Positions 10,822-24,576 of a stretch of DNA of 64,000 bases are shown here, one piece after another. The position numbers and the translations under genes were made by a program. The notes below the pieces were generated by a model. It made no database searches and had not been told where the DNA came from. It was given only the letters and a program-made list of their open reading frames with translations. The DNA is from Lepidodermella squamata (taxonomy: Eukaryota; Animalia; Gastrotricha), in NCBI GenBank assembly GCA_047495785.1, contig JBLDXI010000033.1, forward strand, positions 1,302,001-1,366,000, given 5' to 3'. Positions within the stretch are counted from its first letter, which is position 1. Each line of letters opens with the position of its first letter.

Positions 10822-13800
10822 ATGTTTAATCGGGCGCTATTATTCATACTATGCGCCAATTTCCTTCTGGAAAAAGCTCGCTGTCAGAATTATATTCGCT
10901 GCTTTACGAGCGTGGACGATATTTTTATTCGCTGCCGACGCGAAACCAAAGGCTGCAAACAATTGGAGTATCAGGTTAGATAGTGTTTTGTTAATGCCCA
11001 CTGATTTTGTTCATTAATTTTCAGCTGGGCTTATTTCCTAATAAAACAAGCTGCATAAATGGCGTAATTTCCAATCATTAGTTCTCAATCGATTATTCTC
11101 TCGTCAATTACTGAACAGCCAGCTATACTGTGCTTCGATTATCGAACCATAACTCCCGAGTGTCGTCCTGGAGACATTGAATGTTCTTCGAATGAGATCT
11201 TGGTAAGTTTTTGATTATACGGTTATGGCTTTTTCCATAATGGACGCGCGAAATTTTCCAATGTGGCCTTATTGGGACATCTTTTTCCATTCCACTAGCT
11301 TTTTGCAGTCGCCGATTTCCAATTTTTATTTTACAAGAGCTTCTGCGTCACAATTTTTACCAGGCGTTTTAACAAACATTACAAGAACGCTATCCAAATT
11401 TAGCTTGAATGACTCTATTTGAATAATCTCGATATTTTTCAGATTGATAAATTCAACTCGATGCCAGCTTTCAGGAAGAATTTCGAAGCCTGTCAAACGG
11501 CCGCACTTCTTTTCCCCGTATAGATTTACTTCAACAAAAATGGAAATATTACTATAAGGCCTTTTCTTGTGTACCAGAAGCAACAATTCAGGCGGTGTTC
11601 CTCTAGCAACGAGGTGTCAACATGTGTTCCAGTCCGATCTCTAACTAAATGTCCTCCAGACATGGTTTGCCTTTCTGCTTTGCCGTAGTTCAAAGGCTAA
11701 GGAGTTTAAAACCAATTTTACAGACAGCGGGCGCGGTATTCAGAGGGCTCTCCCCCTGTCTATCGAAAGCAGGTAAGACATTGCGAGCTTTTCTTTGAGA
11801 ATCACTAACTCGCCCGGCTGTCTAGTTCCCATTCCTTACGATGAGCAGCCTCACGTGCAGTGCCTGGAAACTACGACCGGAAAGTTCAAAGCCTGTCGCC
11901 CGGAGAGCGTAGGCTGCATAGCGGACATCGAGACGAAGTCAACAACTGTTGGCATCTTCCCAAATAAAACGGCATGCCTTGTGTCGGTTAGTTTTTCCAT
12001 TTTCTTTTTATAGTTTCTTTTTATAAAATGCTTATAATCATGAGTCATGAGAACTAGAAACGAACCTCAAGCTAATAGAATATTCAAATCAAAGACGTGC
12101 GAGAGTTTAGTTTTGCTATCATAAAGGCTACGTTCCTGAATTTTGATTGCATACAACATCCGCTTTTTTTAACTGTTTACAGATACAAAATACAACTGAG
12201 ACTAATGTAAACGATTACGTGCGCTGCGTCGCGAAATTGCAGAATGGGGCGGTCAGCTGCCGTCTGCTTGGTTGCGCTCCTGGAGAGTACCGCTTCCCGC
12301 CCTGTCTCTCGTTTCCGACTGAGATGGACTGTCTCCATGCCAAAAAACAATTTTTCATCGTCAACAGCTCGACCTCGATCACTCGAGACGACGCCAGCTC
12401 GTTGTGCGGTGCACAATCCGGGCAGCTTGCAACGCTGAAGACTTGGGACGACATGGGTGATTCTCTTCTTAATTTTTTCAAAGAGCTTGGTTTGTTGGTC
12501 TATATGAGCCACCGCGCAAGGAAAACTCGCATATCAGCACGATTTTAGTTTGAGAATATTAGGAATTTCTTTTATGAAAAAATAATTATATGTATTTGTA
12601 ACATTCGACAACTCTCTAGCGATAATTTCAAATTTTCGAACACCGAATCTCGTTTTCAACACACACCATTCTCTGCTGTCCTTCGCAGAATTTCTGTCCT
12701 CTTGATTCATCGTAGGTCAGCTAATAACTCTTAGCTCGGTTATTAACCCTGAATTTAGCGTAAAGGTGTAATGGGGATCGTCATATTTTCCCCGTGAATT
12801 ACTCATTAAGCATGTAGCTTGGCCCCGTCTTCGTCTCTACTTGACAAATAGTCGTTTTCATAACTTATTCAGGTGAGGCGCGTTATCTACTGGGTTCGCC
12901 GTCAGCACAGTCAGCATGGGCGGGGTGCTCCGCCCGCCTTGGAACTCGCATATGGATCGATGGCTCTGCGATGGTGGATTTATTTATTTATTTATTTCAA
13001 AGCTATGACGCCCAAGAGAGAGCAGCTTGACAATAGTGAATTGAAAATGAAACAGATAATTGCAGGACAGGTTACAGAGGTATAGGACATTGGCAAATGA
13101 TGACATAAAAAATGTTATTAAGTGCATATAGCAAGAGTGAGCGATTGAACAATGATGAGAATTAAGTTAAATAACAAAATCATAATAACATCACAACAAA
13201 ACAGCATCGCAGCATTATAAAAATATATAGTGTATCGAATTTATCATAGGCCTAAACCAGTGGAATTTCTTTCGTAAAAATAAGCATAAACATTTGAGCG
13301 GCACGCTTCGGCTGACTCAGCATTTTGAGCTTCTGCAGGCAATTGATTCCAGAGATCGGGACCGCGATAGCTAAGGCTCAACGTACCACGAACTGACAAA
13401 TACGTCGGCTTGAACATTGGCTCAGTGTTACGTGTTGAGTAGCTGCCAACCGGGTTCAGCTTGAAAAGTGTTTGAATCGCAGCCGGTGCTTGTTTATTCA
13501 GGCAATTGTGGATGAATGTCGCCAAATGGATGGCGTGTTTCTGTTGAACGTTGACCCAGCCGAGTCGATGGCGAAGAGGCTCCGCATCTGCGAGTGAGTG
13601 AGCGCCGCATATGATTCGGACGGCACGATCTTGCGTTGACTGAAGCTTTGCTAGAGTAGTCGGTGCTGCCTGACCTAAGGTTAGGTCACCGTAATTGATA
13701 TGGCTGAATATCAAGCCATTGGCCATCATGATGGCAGTTTTTCGGTCGACGAATTTCGCAGCTAGTTTGAGGGCATACAATCCCCGTCGAGCCTTGCTCT

Positions 13801-16800
13801 TTGCACCTTTGATATGCTTTTTGAAGGAAAGTTTGCAGTCAATGGTGAAGCCAAGAGTGGTCATAACTTTTGATGGTCCGATAACTGCGTCGCCGATAGT
13901 GATGGAAAAATCCGGCGCGGATGGCATAGCACATTTCAAAAGCAAAAACTGCGACTTTTTCCCATTAACTGCCAAAGAGTTGCTGCTGAGCCATGAGCAA
14001 ACACGATTCATCTCTTGCTGTAGAACTGATCGTAATTCATTGACATTTCTGCTTGAAAAGTAAATTGTGATATCGTCGGCGTATTGCTTTATTCTGCACC
14101 TAGTAACAACTGCTGACAATTCGTTAACGTAAACCGTAAACATTAGGGGTCCAAGTACGGATCCCTGTGGAACGCCGAGATTCACCGATTCGAATGAAGA
14201 CAATTCGTTGTTGACCTTAGTTGCTTGTTGGCGACCTTGAAGGTAGTTTTCTATCAGTTGCAATGCCGACGGTGATAGGCCGGCGCTACGAAAAGATTCG
14301 ATAATGCCCGCGTGGTTGAGTGTATCGAAAGCCTTCGATAAGTCGATAGAAACAGCAGCAACAACCTTGCCATTACACATAGATTGCCGCCAATCCTCAG
14401 TGAACTCAGCTACGCAAGTGTCAGTTGAGTGCTTTTCTCGGAAGCCATGCTGCGATGGCGACCAAAACTTAGAGAGATGAGCTTTTAGTTGAAAAGCTAA
14501 GCATCGTTCGAACGTTCGAGCAACCGGCGATGTGATAGAGATCGGGCGATAGTTGGCGACATCTGTTCTATTTCCTGACTTGTGAAGAGGGGTCACAATT
14601 GATGCTTTCCAATCCCTAAGAAAAACTTTTTCAGAGATTCCCATGTTGAAAAGTCTCATAAAGTGAGGCGAAAGGGTTGACTTAGCCATTTTCACGATGC
14701 ATTCCGGAACGCCATCGTAACCAGTAGTCGATTTGTAAGAAAGCTTGTCGATTGCCGTCTCAACTTCGATCAAAGACACAAATCTGAAGTCGAAGCATTG
14801 ATATCCTGTGCGACGTCTGACATAGTTGAGGCTAGTTGAGAGCGCCTTGGCGACCTTCTCACCGGCGTGCGCAAAGAAGACGTTGAATTCATTTGCTTTC
14901 ATCAATGACTTCTCCTTGTCCAGTTCTTGAAACGAACCACGAGATTTAGGTTTCGGTCGGAATTCGCCAATAACTCGCCATATTTTCCGAGGATCTCGAC
15001 CAGCTTCTTTGACTCGCTTGTAGTATTTGGCACGTCGAATCTTGCGCCGTAGTCTTTGCCGCTGGCGACGCGAGAGATTAGGATCGATAATTGGCTGCAC
15101 TCGCTTGTTTGCTCGACCAGGTTTTTTGACAATCATCGGGGCGACTTCGTTAATTGTGGCCAAAATTGCGGTTTTCAGTTTCAGCCAGTACGCCTCGCAT
15201 TCAACGGGTAAGTCATCGTCGATTTTTCCCAGTTTTGCTTTTAGGCAGCTATTCAATCGGTCTGAGTCAATATTTCGAAGATCACGAAACACGCGCACAT
15301 CCTTGACATTAGATTTCTCGCTTCCTTCGTCTTCGATTACCAAGGTTGTCCCATAGTGATCGCTGAGTCCAACCACTGTTCCCGTAGTAGCAACTTTGGA
15401 GGCTGGAATGTTAGTCCAGTAATGGTCCAAGCATTTTCCTGATGCGGGGCGCGTTACCAAGTTTTCATAGGCAGGTTGTAGTCCGAAATCGTTGAAGACC
15501 TCACCCATCGCTTCTGCTACACCCGGATTTCTGAGATTCCAGTTGAAATCACCCGATATTATATGATAGTCGGCTTCTGCAGACATACATTCGGTCAAGA
15601 ATGTTTCAACTTCGTCTGCGTCGGCCGATTTGAAAGTTTCGGGACAACTAGGCCGTCGATATATAGCTGTTACGGCCAGTTTTTTCCCTGACGGTAAAGG
15701 CGGTAAAGGTATGGACGTGCCTTTACAGTGGGCCAAAGGCGAACCGAGTGGCGATGGTGCCTTTTGCTTGTTCAAAGTTTACGGGAATTTAAGCCCGCCC
15801 GGTTGGTATCTCAACGACGTTCCAGGCAACTCATTGTCTTCGGATGAAGAAACAAGTGCATCAATCGGTGTTTGTGAAACGTTCATCCCCTCGACTATCG
15901 TGGTATGCCTTAGATTACTTCATATGTAAAGTCGCAACATGAAAGGAAAATGTGCCATCTATGATCTATGATCTATTCCAGGCTCATGCATCATGCTCGA
16001 TAATGGCTCTTTTGTTTAACAGACAGGTTATATTCGATGCGTAATGCCCTATTTCCAAGGAGCAGTGACTTGCCGGTCTAACGCGACTGGCTGTTACTTT
16101 GGCGAATATGCACATCCGCCGAATTATACGTTCGCCGACGCGGCTAGCTGTTTGAATGCCACTAAAAGGCTATTTCTTGTGACATATCTTAATGCGATAA
16201 CTCCACAACGAAGTCCGACCAACTATCGGTATTTTAACGAAGCATGTTCAATGAAAGGTGGGCTTTTGGCTACCATTAAAACGGAAGTGGAACATAATGC
16301 GGTGCGACTTTTACTCATGGATGCTTACGTTGATCTGGCCCTCATCGGGCGATCGAGTGGCTCGGCGTGGGTAGATAGTAGCCCGTTTGCGCCGCTTTCT
16401 TTGCAATGGGGACCAGGGCGCCCTACTGGATATGATTGCGCCGAATATAGATATTTTAATGCTTCAATCGACAAGCCGGCAGGTATTTACTTAAGTGACG
16501 CCCCCTGTCTCAAGTTTTGGGAAGCCGCTGTTTGTGAAACCTTCGATCCAACTTACGACACAACTCTCCAGGTGAGCTTATCACAAATGATTAGGTATTT
16601 TATTTTTATATAATTACGAGCTCCGAAAACTAGACTTCCCGCCACTTTCCGTAAAATACGAATCTAACTATAACGGATCTAAGTATTTATGAGAGATGAC
16701 AATTAAACCATTTTAGCATGCCTTTCACCTTGAATCTCTGGTCAGGCATTTCACTTTGTTGTTTTCAAAGGCCTCAAGCGTCCGCTGTGTCGTAGCATCG

Positions 16801-19800
16801 GGCGACAATGTGCGCTGCCGATCGGTATCAATCGGCTGCCTGTACAGCGAGAGAGCAGTACCCCCTGCAAATTTAGCTTTGTTCGCCAGTGTGCCTGAGT
16901 GTACCAACGCTCGGAAGCAATTTTTTGTCATTCAGTCAGCCACGCAATTGACGCGAGACCAAGCGGTTGCGAAATGCACCGAAAATAACGCGAGCATTGC
17001 TACAATCAAAACTTGGGACGAACAAGGCGAGTTTCGCCAACAACTTCGCCAGCAGTCGATTTCCTCCGTTTTTGTTGGCCTCACGCAGCCAGCCGGATCT
17101 CCATTGGGTCTGGAACGTTGGATTTGGGACGATGGAACTAGATATGAGGCATTGCCACTGCAGTGGGACAGCAGTGAACCAAGCGGAGATGGCGATTGCG
17201 CCGAATATACCAGTACATCTGTCGGTCTATACCTCGGTGATGTTTCTTGTTCGGCTGTCAAATTTTCGGTGGCCTGCGAAATATTTGTTCAGCCAGCTGT
17301 AAGTTTTTGATAATTGTAATAGCTGACTCTAAATTAACAAAATATTCAAACTGAGGATCCTAACTATATTTCGCGTTTTTAGTCAGCTTATTAATTTGTA
17401 CATGCCGCATTTCTTACTCTAGGTAGAGGCTGCATCGTCCTTTGTCCGATGTCTTGCGTGGGGAAACCCTGGGTCGGTAAGCTGCAGGAAGACCTCGTTG
17501 TTGACCTCGACACGCTGCTACTTCGGCGAGCTGTCTTTTCCATCTTCCCTGGTTTTTCCGACACAAGAAAGCTGCCAAAATGCACAAAAAACATTGTTTG
17601 TACTCGTTGATCCGAAGTTTAGCGAGTTAACAACCGTTAACAACCTTTGCCGGGCAAAGGGCGGTCAACTGGCAACAATCAAGAATCAACTGGAGAAAGA
17701 TGAACTTGGTCGTATGCTGTCAGAATTGGGCGTCGAATCAGCCTGGGTTGGTATTGCAAGTGATGCAGGTAATGCAGTGTGGATTGATGGTAGCCCCCTG
17801 GTGTTACAGTCGTCTTCGTTGCAATGGGGCCCTGGCGAGCCGAATGCCAATAATATATTTGCTCAATTTATGTTTTTCGACTCGGATGGGCAGTATTCCG
17901 CCGGTTTCTACCTGAAAAGCGCCAATATCGCAGATACATCACCGGGCATAGCTTGCGAAACCTTTGATCCAACTTATGTCGCTACCGCGATCGATGTAAG
18001 TTGTTTTATAGAACTTTTTTCATGTTGTGGTGGCTTCAATGGTGATTTGAATGATTTGAATGAAGATTGGAAGTCTTTTTGTTATTTGTTTCCTAGGCTC
18101 GTAGCGTTCGATGCGTGCCCAAGTCGTCTGGATTAGTCAAATGTCGTTCGGCTACGGCGGGATGTTACGAGAGTGAAAAAAACTTTCCAGCGGGTGTTGT
18201 CTATGCAAGCAAGGATGAATGTAACTCGGTTGTCAAGCAAATTTTCATAGTCAAATCGACGACACAGATGACGCGTGATGAAGCTGCATCGAAGTGTTTC
18301 GAAAATGGCTGGCAAATGGCATCGATCAAGACGTGGGATGAACAAGGCAAATTGAGGCAACTGCTCACTAACCAGTCAGTCACTACAGTATTCGTCGGGC
18401 TACAGAAAATAGACGGGAAGTGGAAATGGGCCGATGGTTCTGATCTCTCAGCAATTAATCTTCAGTGGGGCAACAACGAACCGAGCGGAGACGGGGAATG
18501 TGGCGAATATTTCACCTTCGGCGCCTCGTCTCCCTTGCCTGCTGGTCTGTATCTTAATGATGGAGCATGCTCGGTCACTGAATTGGCCGTTGCGTGTGAA
18601 ACTTTTGTTCTGCCCACCGCTGCGCCAGTAAGCTTTTTCCCATTCATTTTGCGATGGCTCACTAAGATTTGGGCTAGATCAACTAGATTCCTTAGTCATC
18701 GTAATTAGAACCGCGAAGAATGATTCTATAGCCCAGATTGAATCGTACACATTTCTTACCCCTTTCTGATTTTCCAGGTGGGAAGCTACGCGCGATGTGT
18801 CGGTGTTCGGAATGATGGCTTGGTCGCCTGCCGCCCGACTTCGCCTGGCTGTTACTTTGGTGAGACGAATTACGCTAGCTACGATTCGTTTGAAAGCTGT
18901 GTGGCCGCGGAGAAACGACTTTTCATCCTAGAGGGTGGTCGAACATGGCTCGACGCGAGCAATTTTTGCCAATCTGAAGGCGGCTTTTTGGCGACGATTA
19001 AAACACCAGGGGAGCGTTCAGCCATGCTCGAACTGCTCTCGTTGTGGTCGCTCGACCAGGCTTGGATTGGCTGGTATGACTCTACTTGGGTCGATGGGGC
19101 GAAATTCACGCCGTTTCCAAAGCAATTGGGGCCTAATGAGCCGAATGGTGATGGATTGTGCGGCGAATATTTCATCTATAACGCTGACACCCAGAGGAAC
19201 TACTCCGCTGGGCTTTATTTGAACGACCTCAATTGCACCTGGTCAGCGCCCGGGGCTGTTTGTGAAACATTCGGCTCATTGAGAGCTGGAGGACTTCAGG
19301 TAAATAAATAAATTATTTTTATCGCTCCATCTCAAAAGTGCTGACGAATAATGGTGCTTTCACAAATGCGTCCGACGAGCGTCCGACGTTTTCGGCGCCC
19401 GAAGTTTCGTAATAGGCGCCCGAAGTAGCGTAATAGTTGTCCGACGTTTAGATTTCCTTTCACATACGCGCGCACTTCGGCCCGCGCCCGAGGTTTAAAC
19501 AATAGCGCGTCCGACGCGGCGCGCGCACGCACAACAAAGAACGTCGGATCGGAGGCCCCCAAAACTACCGTCCGAAGTGCGTCCGAACCGAAGCTTGTAG
19601 CGCGCACTATTATTACACGCACACCAATAAACGTAAGCGCGCGCGCGGCCATTCGACTGCTTGACTGACTGTGAAACACTCAAGTCGTCTTGAATTACGA
19701 CGAGTCATGAAAATGAGTTCCAAATATACCACAAAAGCTTATAAATAAGGCCGGCAAAACCGCGCTCGGCGCGGCAAGAAAAAATTGATGATATGCAAAT

Positions 19801-22800
19801 CATGCGTCTCAATCACATAATTTTTCGATGAAATTTAGATTTTTATGATCCGCATCGCATTTCACGTCTCATTACTTAGTTGAATTCAGCATTAACGCTG
19901 AAATGGAAATTTTTTTGCCTGACCCCTGCCACTCGCATGCACGCGCGCTCAAGTGCGTGACACCCAGCAACTTCGGCGACTAAACAATAGAGACTTCGGG
20001 CGCCCGACCGCGCGCGCGCGTCCGAAGTGCCACTGATAAAGCTCTCCGACGTTTCGCTTAGCTCTACCGAAGTTTGCGAGTTGCTAGCCGAAGTTTTCAC
20101 CGTCGGATGCATTTGTGAAAGCACCATAAGGAAAATGTTTATGTTACCCGTATTTGATCATTTTTGACGCCGGATAACAACAATATCCGAGTTTCATCGG
20201 TGGACAGCGATGGATATTAGTCCTTCAGGCCAATATTCATCGCGCTATCCACCTATGATATCAAACCGGATATTGAATATTATCTCGCCACGCATTCAAG
20301 AATCGGATTATAATAAATGGCCTTCGGGCAGATATTTTCCGCTATCCGCTTCAAAGCTCGCAGATATTGTATAGTATTCTTTATATTCTTTCTAGTACTC
20401 GTTCGTGCGATGCGAGAATCCAGCTTCGGGAGAGGTATTATGCTCGCTGCAGCAATTGGGATGCATTATCAATGGATATACCCGGCAATTCCCGAATGCA
20501 ATCTTTACGACCTTGAAAACATGTGAAAATGTCAAGAAGGTGTTCTCCGTGTTGAAATTCTCACAACCAAAGACGCAAGCCGAGGCCCAGTCTGAGTGCT
20601 CTGGCGTTTCCGGTCGACTGGCGACAATAAAATCGTGGGATGAACAAGGCGAGATGCGAGCCGTGCTCGCTCGAGAGGCAATTACCTCTGCCTGGGTTGG
20701 TCTTGTGGGTATCACGAACAATGCGGGCCAAAATTACGGCTGGGTTGATGGTTCTAATTTCACTGCCTTACCCTTGCAATGGGGCTCACAAGAGCCTAGT
20801 AACAATCAGAATTGTGGCATATACGATTTCTACAACTCGACTTTAACCGGTCTATATCCGGCTGGTCACTACCTCAATGACGTATCTTGCGACGTCCTTG
20901 TTTCCAATGCTGTGTGCGAAACTTACGTCCGACTCACTGTTACAGCGTCGTTTGTAAGTTATTTTTTCATATCTAATGGATTACCAAATGACCAAATGAA
21001 TTAATTTTATTTAACGTCCTCCGTAGGCATGAAAATGTGATTTTTGACACTTCTGAAGATTTAGCATCAAGATCATCGCTTGAAAATTCGAAATTTCTGA
21101 AATATAATTTTGTGCTAAAAGTGTGTTTGTAACAGACTGGCTACGTTCGCTGCATCGATATCAGTGGATCAGTTCGTTGCCGCTTGAATACCACAGGATG
21201 CTACTTTGGCGAGCAAGCTTATCCACCGTCAACCTATTACGAAACTAGAAGCGATTGTCTTTCCGCTGTGAAGACAATTTTTGTCGTGGACACTCCTCAA
21301 TACCGTACTTGGGAAGACGCAAAAGCTTTGTGCGCCGCCAAAGGTGCCCAGCTAGCTACGGTCAAGACAGCGTCTGATCAAAGTGAAGTCCGTGCTTTGC
21401 TGAAAGCGTGGAGTCTAGCTTCAGCTTGGATTGGCATACGATTCTCAAAATGGATAGATGGCAGTATTTTTCAAAATCAGCCTAATCAGGTTATCGCTTT
21501 ACTATTCTTTCTTTTCTTTCGAACCTCACGATTTGAAGACAGATTTTGAAGCAGAAATTGTTACTATTATTATACTACTATTAAAAAGTGATGTATCATT
21601 TGGTGAAAATCTTTGTTTGAAATTTTCTAACAATTGTAACAATTGCTAACTAACAGATTTGGTGGGGTCCCAATGAGCCGGATAACGGTGGCGCGTGTGG
21701 CGAGTACAGAGCGTACACGCGTACTGAGAATTGGCTATTCAACTATTACATGAATGACGCAGATTGCAATGGCCGCTCTCAAGGTGCTTTATGCGAAATC
21801 TATGATCCGACCTATCAGCGTCCTTTACCTCCAGTGAGTTGGCCATTTATTTTCAGTTGTAATGGTCATAATATTCAATGTTCACTGCAACTTATTTTTC
21901 GCCCTTTTCCATTTTTCAACTTATTTTCTGCTGTGATTTCTTATTAATTTTCCAATTTAAAAAGAATGGCTACAAACGCTGCGTCAATCTAGTCGGAGAG
22001 GCTACCTGTGTATCGAACTACGTCGGATGTCCAATTTTTACCGTCCCTCTCAGCCATTTGTTCAATTCGGCTGAAAGCTGCGCAAACGCTGTCAAGACGA
22101 TGTTTTTCATACCAACGCAACAAGGCACTGTCGACTGGAATAGAGCTTTTGACCTGTGCACGGGCGAAGGCGGGCAGCTGGCGAACATCAAAGCGCCTGT
22201 TGATCAAATTGCGATACGCCGGCTATTGTCAGCCTGGCGAATCAAGAGTGCGTGGGTTGGCTGGTCAAACTCAAAATGGGCCGATGGTAGCAACTTTACA
22301 CCTCTGGTCCTGCAATGGGCTCCTGATGAGCCTTCAAATTCGGGAAATTGTGCCCAGTACGCTCGTTTCTACATCTCCATCAAAGTAGCGGAGTACCCTG
22401 TATATTTCCTGGCAAACTTGGCTTGTGATGCTAAGCTGACCGATGGAGTTGTCTGCGAAACATACGACCCATCGTACGCCTTTTTCCCTCCACCGGTAAG
22501 GATTTCACAGGAATTGCTTTAAGCTAAAATAACTACTCCGAACTGGCATCTAATTGACTTTTCAGGAAGGCTTCGCACGATGTCTAACAACTTCGAGCGG
22601 GTCAACTACGTGTCGATCAACGCTAACTGGGTGCCAGTCAAATGGAGAAGAACGCTACCCAGATGACTTGACTTTCCCGACACTGCAGCGCTGCGCGAAC
22701 GCCTCGAAGCAGTTTATCTTGATTACGCAGCGACTAACATGGAACGCAGCGAAAACGTTCTGTTCAGATCAGGGCGGTATGAAGCTGGCAACTGCAAAAA

Positions 22801-23075
22801 CGGCGGATGAGCGTCAAGCACTGCGCGATTTCGCTGCCCAAGGTGGAGCATTTTGGATAGGCTTGTTCCAGCCGGAAGGAGACAGTGATTGGAAGTGGAT
22901 AGACGGATCGCCATATGACTCTCTCGCCGACCCTTTAACTCCGGGCGTGACAGCTACGGGACCAAGATGCGCCCTCTACAAGCGTGATAAATCAGACGTC
23001 GTTGGGCTCTACGATCATTCCTGCAGCTTGCAGAGCCTCGGTGTTTGCGAGTCCTTTGTCGACGTGTCGACGTGA
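10822..23075 (+). CDS. Multi-domain C-type lectin, copy B (signal peptide, stand-alone 4-Cys modules, then 10 module+CTLD units); first CTLD exon interrupted by a LINE, so possibly a pseudogene
   Basis: ATG 10822 MFNRALLFILCANFLLEKARC (signal-like), followed by small Cys-module exons to ~11987. CTLD exons start at ~12183/12873, 16023, 16771, 17423, 18097, 18778, 20396, 21136, 21965 and 22566. Stop at 23075. The small N-terminal exon structure is uncertain. Confidence 0.8.
12979..15711 (-). mobile_element. 5'-truncated non-LTR retrotransposon (APE endonuclease + RT; L2/CR1-group, Crack/Daphne-like)
   Basis: ORF 13244-~15710 with IYRRP, SGDFN, LDHYW, SDHY (endonuclease) and YRPIS, DLSKAFD, GVPQGSVLGP, YADD (RT). 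(TAAA)n tail at 12979-12997; putative TGGA target-site duplication at 12975-12978 and 15712-15715. Confidence 0.93.
19352..20126. mobile_element. MITE, PIF/Harbinger-like (copy of 2591-3365)
   Basis: Same TIRs and TAA flanks, at offset 16761. Confidence 0.85.
20172..20285. repeat. Imperfect palindrome (copy of 3411-3524)
   Basis: Same sequence at offset 16761. Confidence 0.6.
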
Positions 23076-23875
23076 AAACAATGCCCCATAGCCATTATAG
23101 ACTCACTTTGCTTTTATAAACTTGTCTGATGAACACTTTATTCCCATTTAATTATGTGGTGCTGAACTTCATTTTGTGAATTCATATTATTTCCTTGCCA
23201 TCATACATCCGTCGATAGTCGATATTATGTTATATTTTTTCTTGATTATGTCATTGAGCCGTTGAAAAAAAAATCCCAATTTTCAGAAAATGGCTGTGCA
23301 ACGCGTTGAAGCGCGTAAGTTCAGAAATATTTTATAGCTGTAAGAGCTTCAACTACGACAGCTGATAAACACTGAAAAGCATGCTCCCTGCCTGAAGGCT
23401 TAGCGAAGTTGATTATGGGCTTGATTGGCGTCCGACATCTCGATCGACTAGGTGAAGTGTCCCAAATTTGCAAAGACATTTTTTAATTAATGGAAAATGG
23501 CGAGCATCTCCAAAATTTCCTTTTGCGGCCCGGCAGTTCAAGGGTATAAACACCCTCTACTGGCTAAAGAATGGCATCTCGCAAGCTTCAGCCTTAGATA
23601 AAGTTTACGTTAGAAGTATGCAATTTTGTTGCAGATTTGGGGCACTTTATCTGTCGAGCTATTTGAAATTTATATGTATTTTGATTAATTTTGCAAAATA
23701 ATCTTGCAAAATAATCTTGCAAAATAAAACTATTTATTTATTATTTATTATTTAATATAACCAAGTACACAACGTTAAATCTTGATTGCTTTTTCATTAC
23801 ATAGTTTCAGGATTCTCGAATGTTCATTAAATGCCTGGGTTCACGCAAATCTCATAAAAGCCCGAGTGGTACAAT

Positions 23876-24023
23876 CGAGTGGTTGTTCGGGCGCCTGTCT
23901 CGTCGCTGAGTCCGTGAACGCCTTACCGTTTTGTCGCGCGCAACACTGATGCGACACCCGTGACACGCGACACCGCTGAGTCGGTGAACAAGTGCGCGAC
24001 TGTCGTGAGTCCGTGAACCCAGC
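23876..24023. repeat. Short GC-rich inserted fragment with three gagtc[c/g]gtgaac repeats, probably a transposon end
   Basis: Absent from unit A, where MECR-like sequence lies instead. Ends cgtgaacccagc; the inverse ctgggttcacg lies at ~23836. Confidence 0.5.
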
Positions 24024-24121
24024 TTAAGATCAACAAATTTCCAATTTAATAATGGCGCGATGCACTGAAACTGGCGACTACTAGCTACTCAAACACCAAA
24101 GTTCTACTGCAAATCAACTGA
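24024..24121 (+). pseudogene. Residual 3' end of MECR-like pseudogene
   Basis: aagatcaacaaatttccaatttaataatggcgcgatgcactgaaactggcg matches 7465-7560 and carries in-frame stops. Confidence 0.7.
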
Positions 24122-24576
24122 AAACAAATATTGCGCACTTTTGATAATAGACTTGTTAATTAGTTCAGCTCGGCGTTTGTTTTTCCTGCATGTCTTGGAT
24201 TCTTTTTCAAAAAGCAATAAAATTATTATCATTTTACTTGGTGTGTTGGCGGGACGAGATGAAAGCTCACAGGAAAGAGGATTGACGGAGTCATAACATT
24301 CGAGCACCACTTAGCAGTATACGTTTCGAAGAAAAGCTTACACGTGTTGCTTACATGGGGGTAAATTCCAATAAGAGGCGTCTGAGGACGTCAATCAGCT
24401 ATCTTGTCGGGGACATAGCATTGTTGAAATATGATCAAAACAGTCCGGCGGAAATGCGCCTCAAAAGCAGCCACGTGTCGGCCCAGACTATTGCTTCTAG
24501 TAATTGAAAAGGCCAAAAACTGTGTCCCATACAGCTATAAAGGGTTGTTACATTGAGCGATGTTTGTAATTCTGAA

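Larger units (their letters stand above)
16751..24240 (+). repeat. Segmental tandem duplication unit B (homologous to 1-7681)
   Basis: Collinear with unit A over exons, introns, the MITE and the 3' flank. Confidence 0.92.

Noticed and set aside
15712-15775. Apparent N-terminus (MNKQKAPSPLG...) of the 843-aa RT ORF
   Set aside because: It is the antisense of the lectin exon beyond the insertion junction; the element is 5'-truncated.
23692-23727. Short tandem ttgcaaaataatc repeat
   Set aside because: Ordinary local slippage duplication with no evidence of function.
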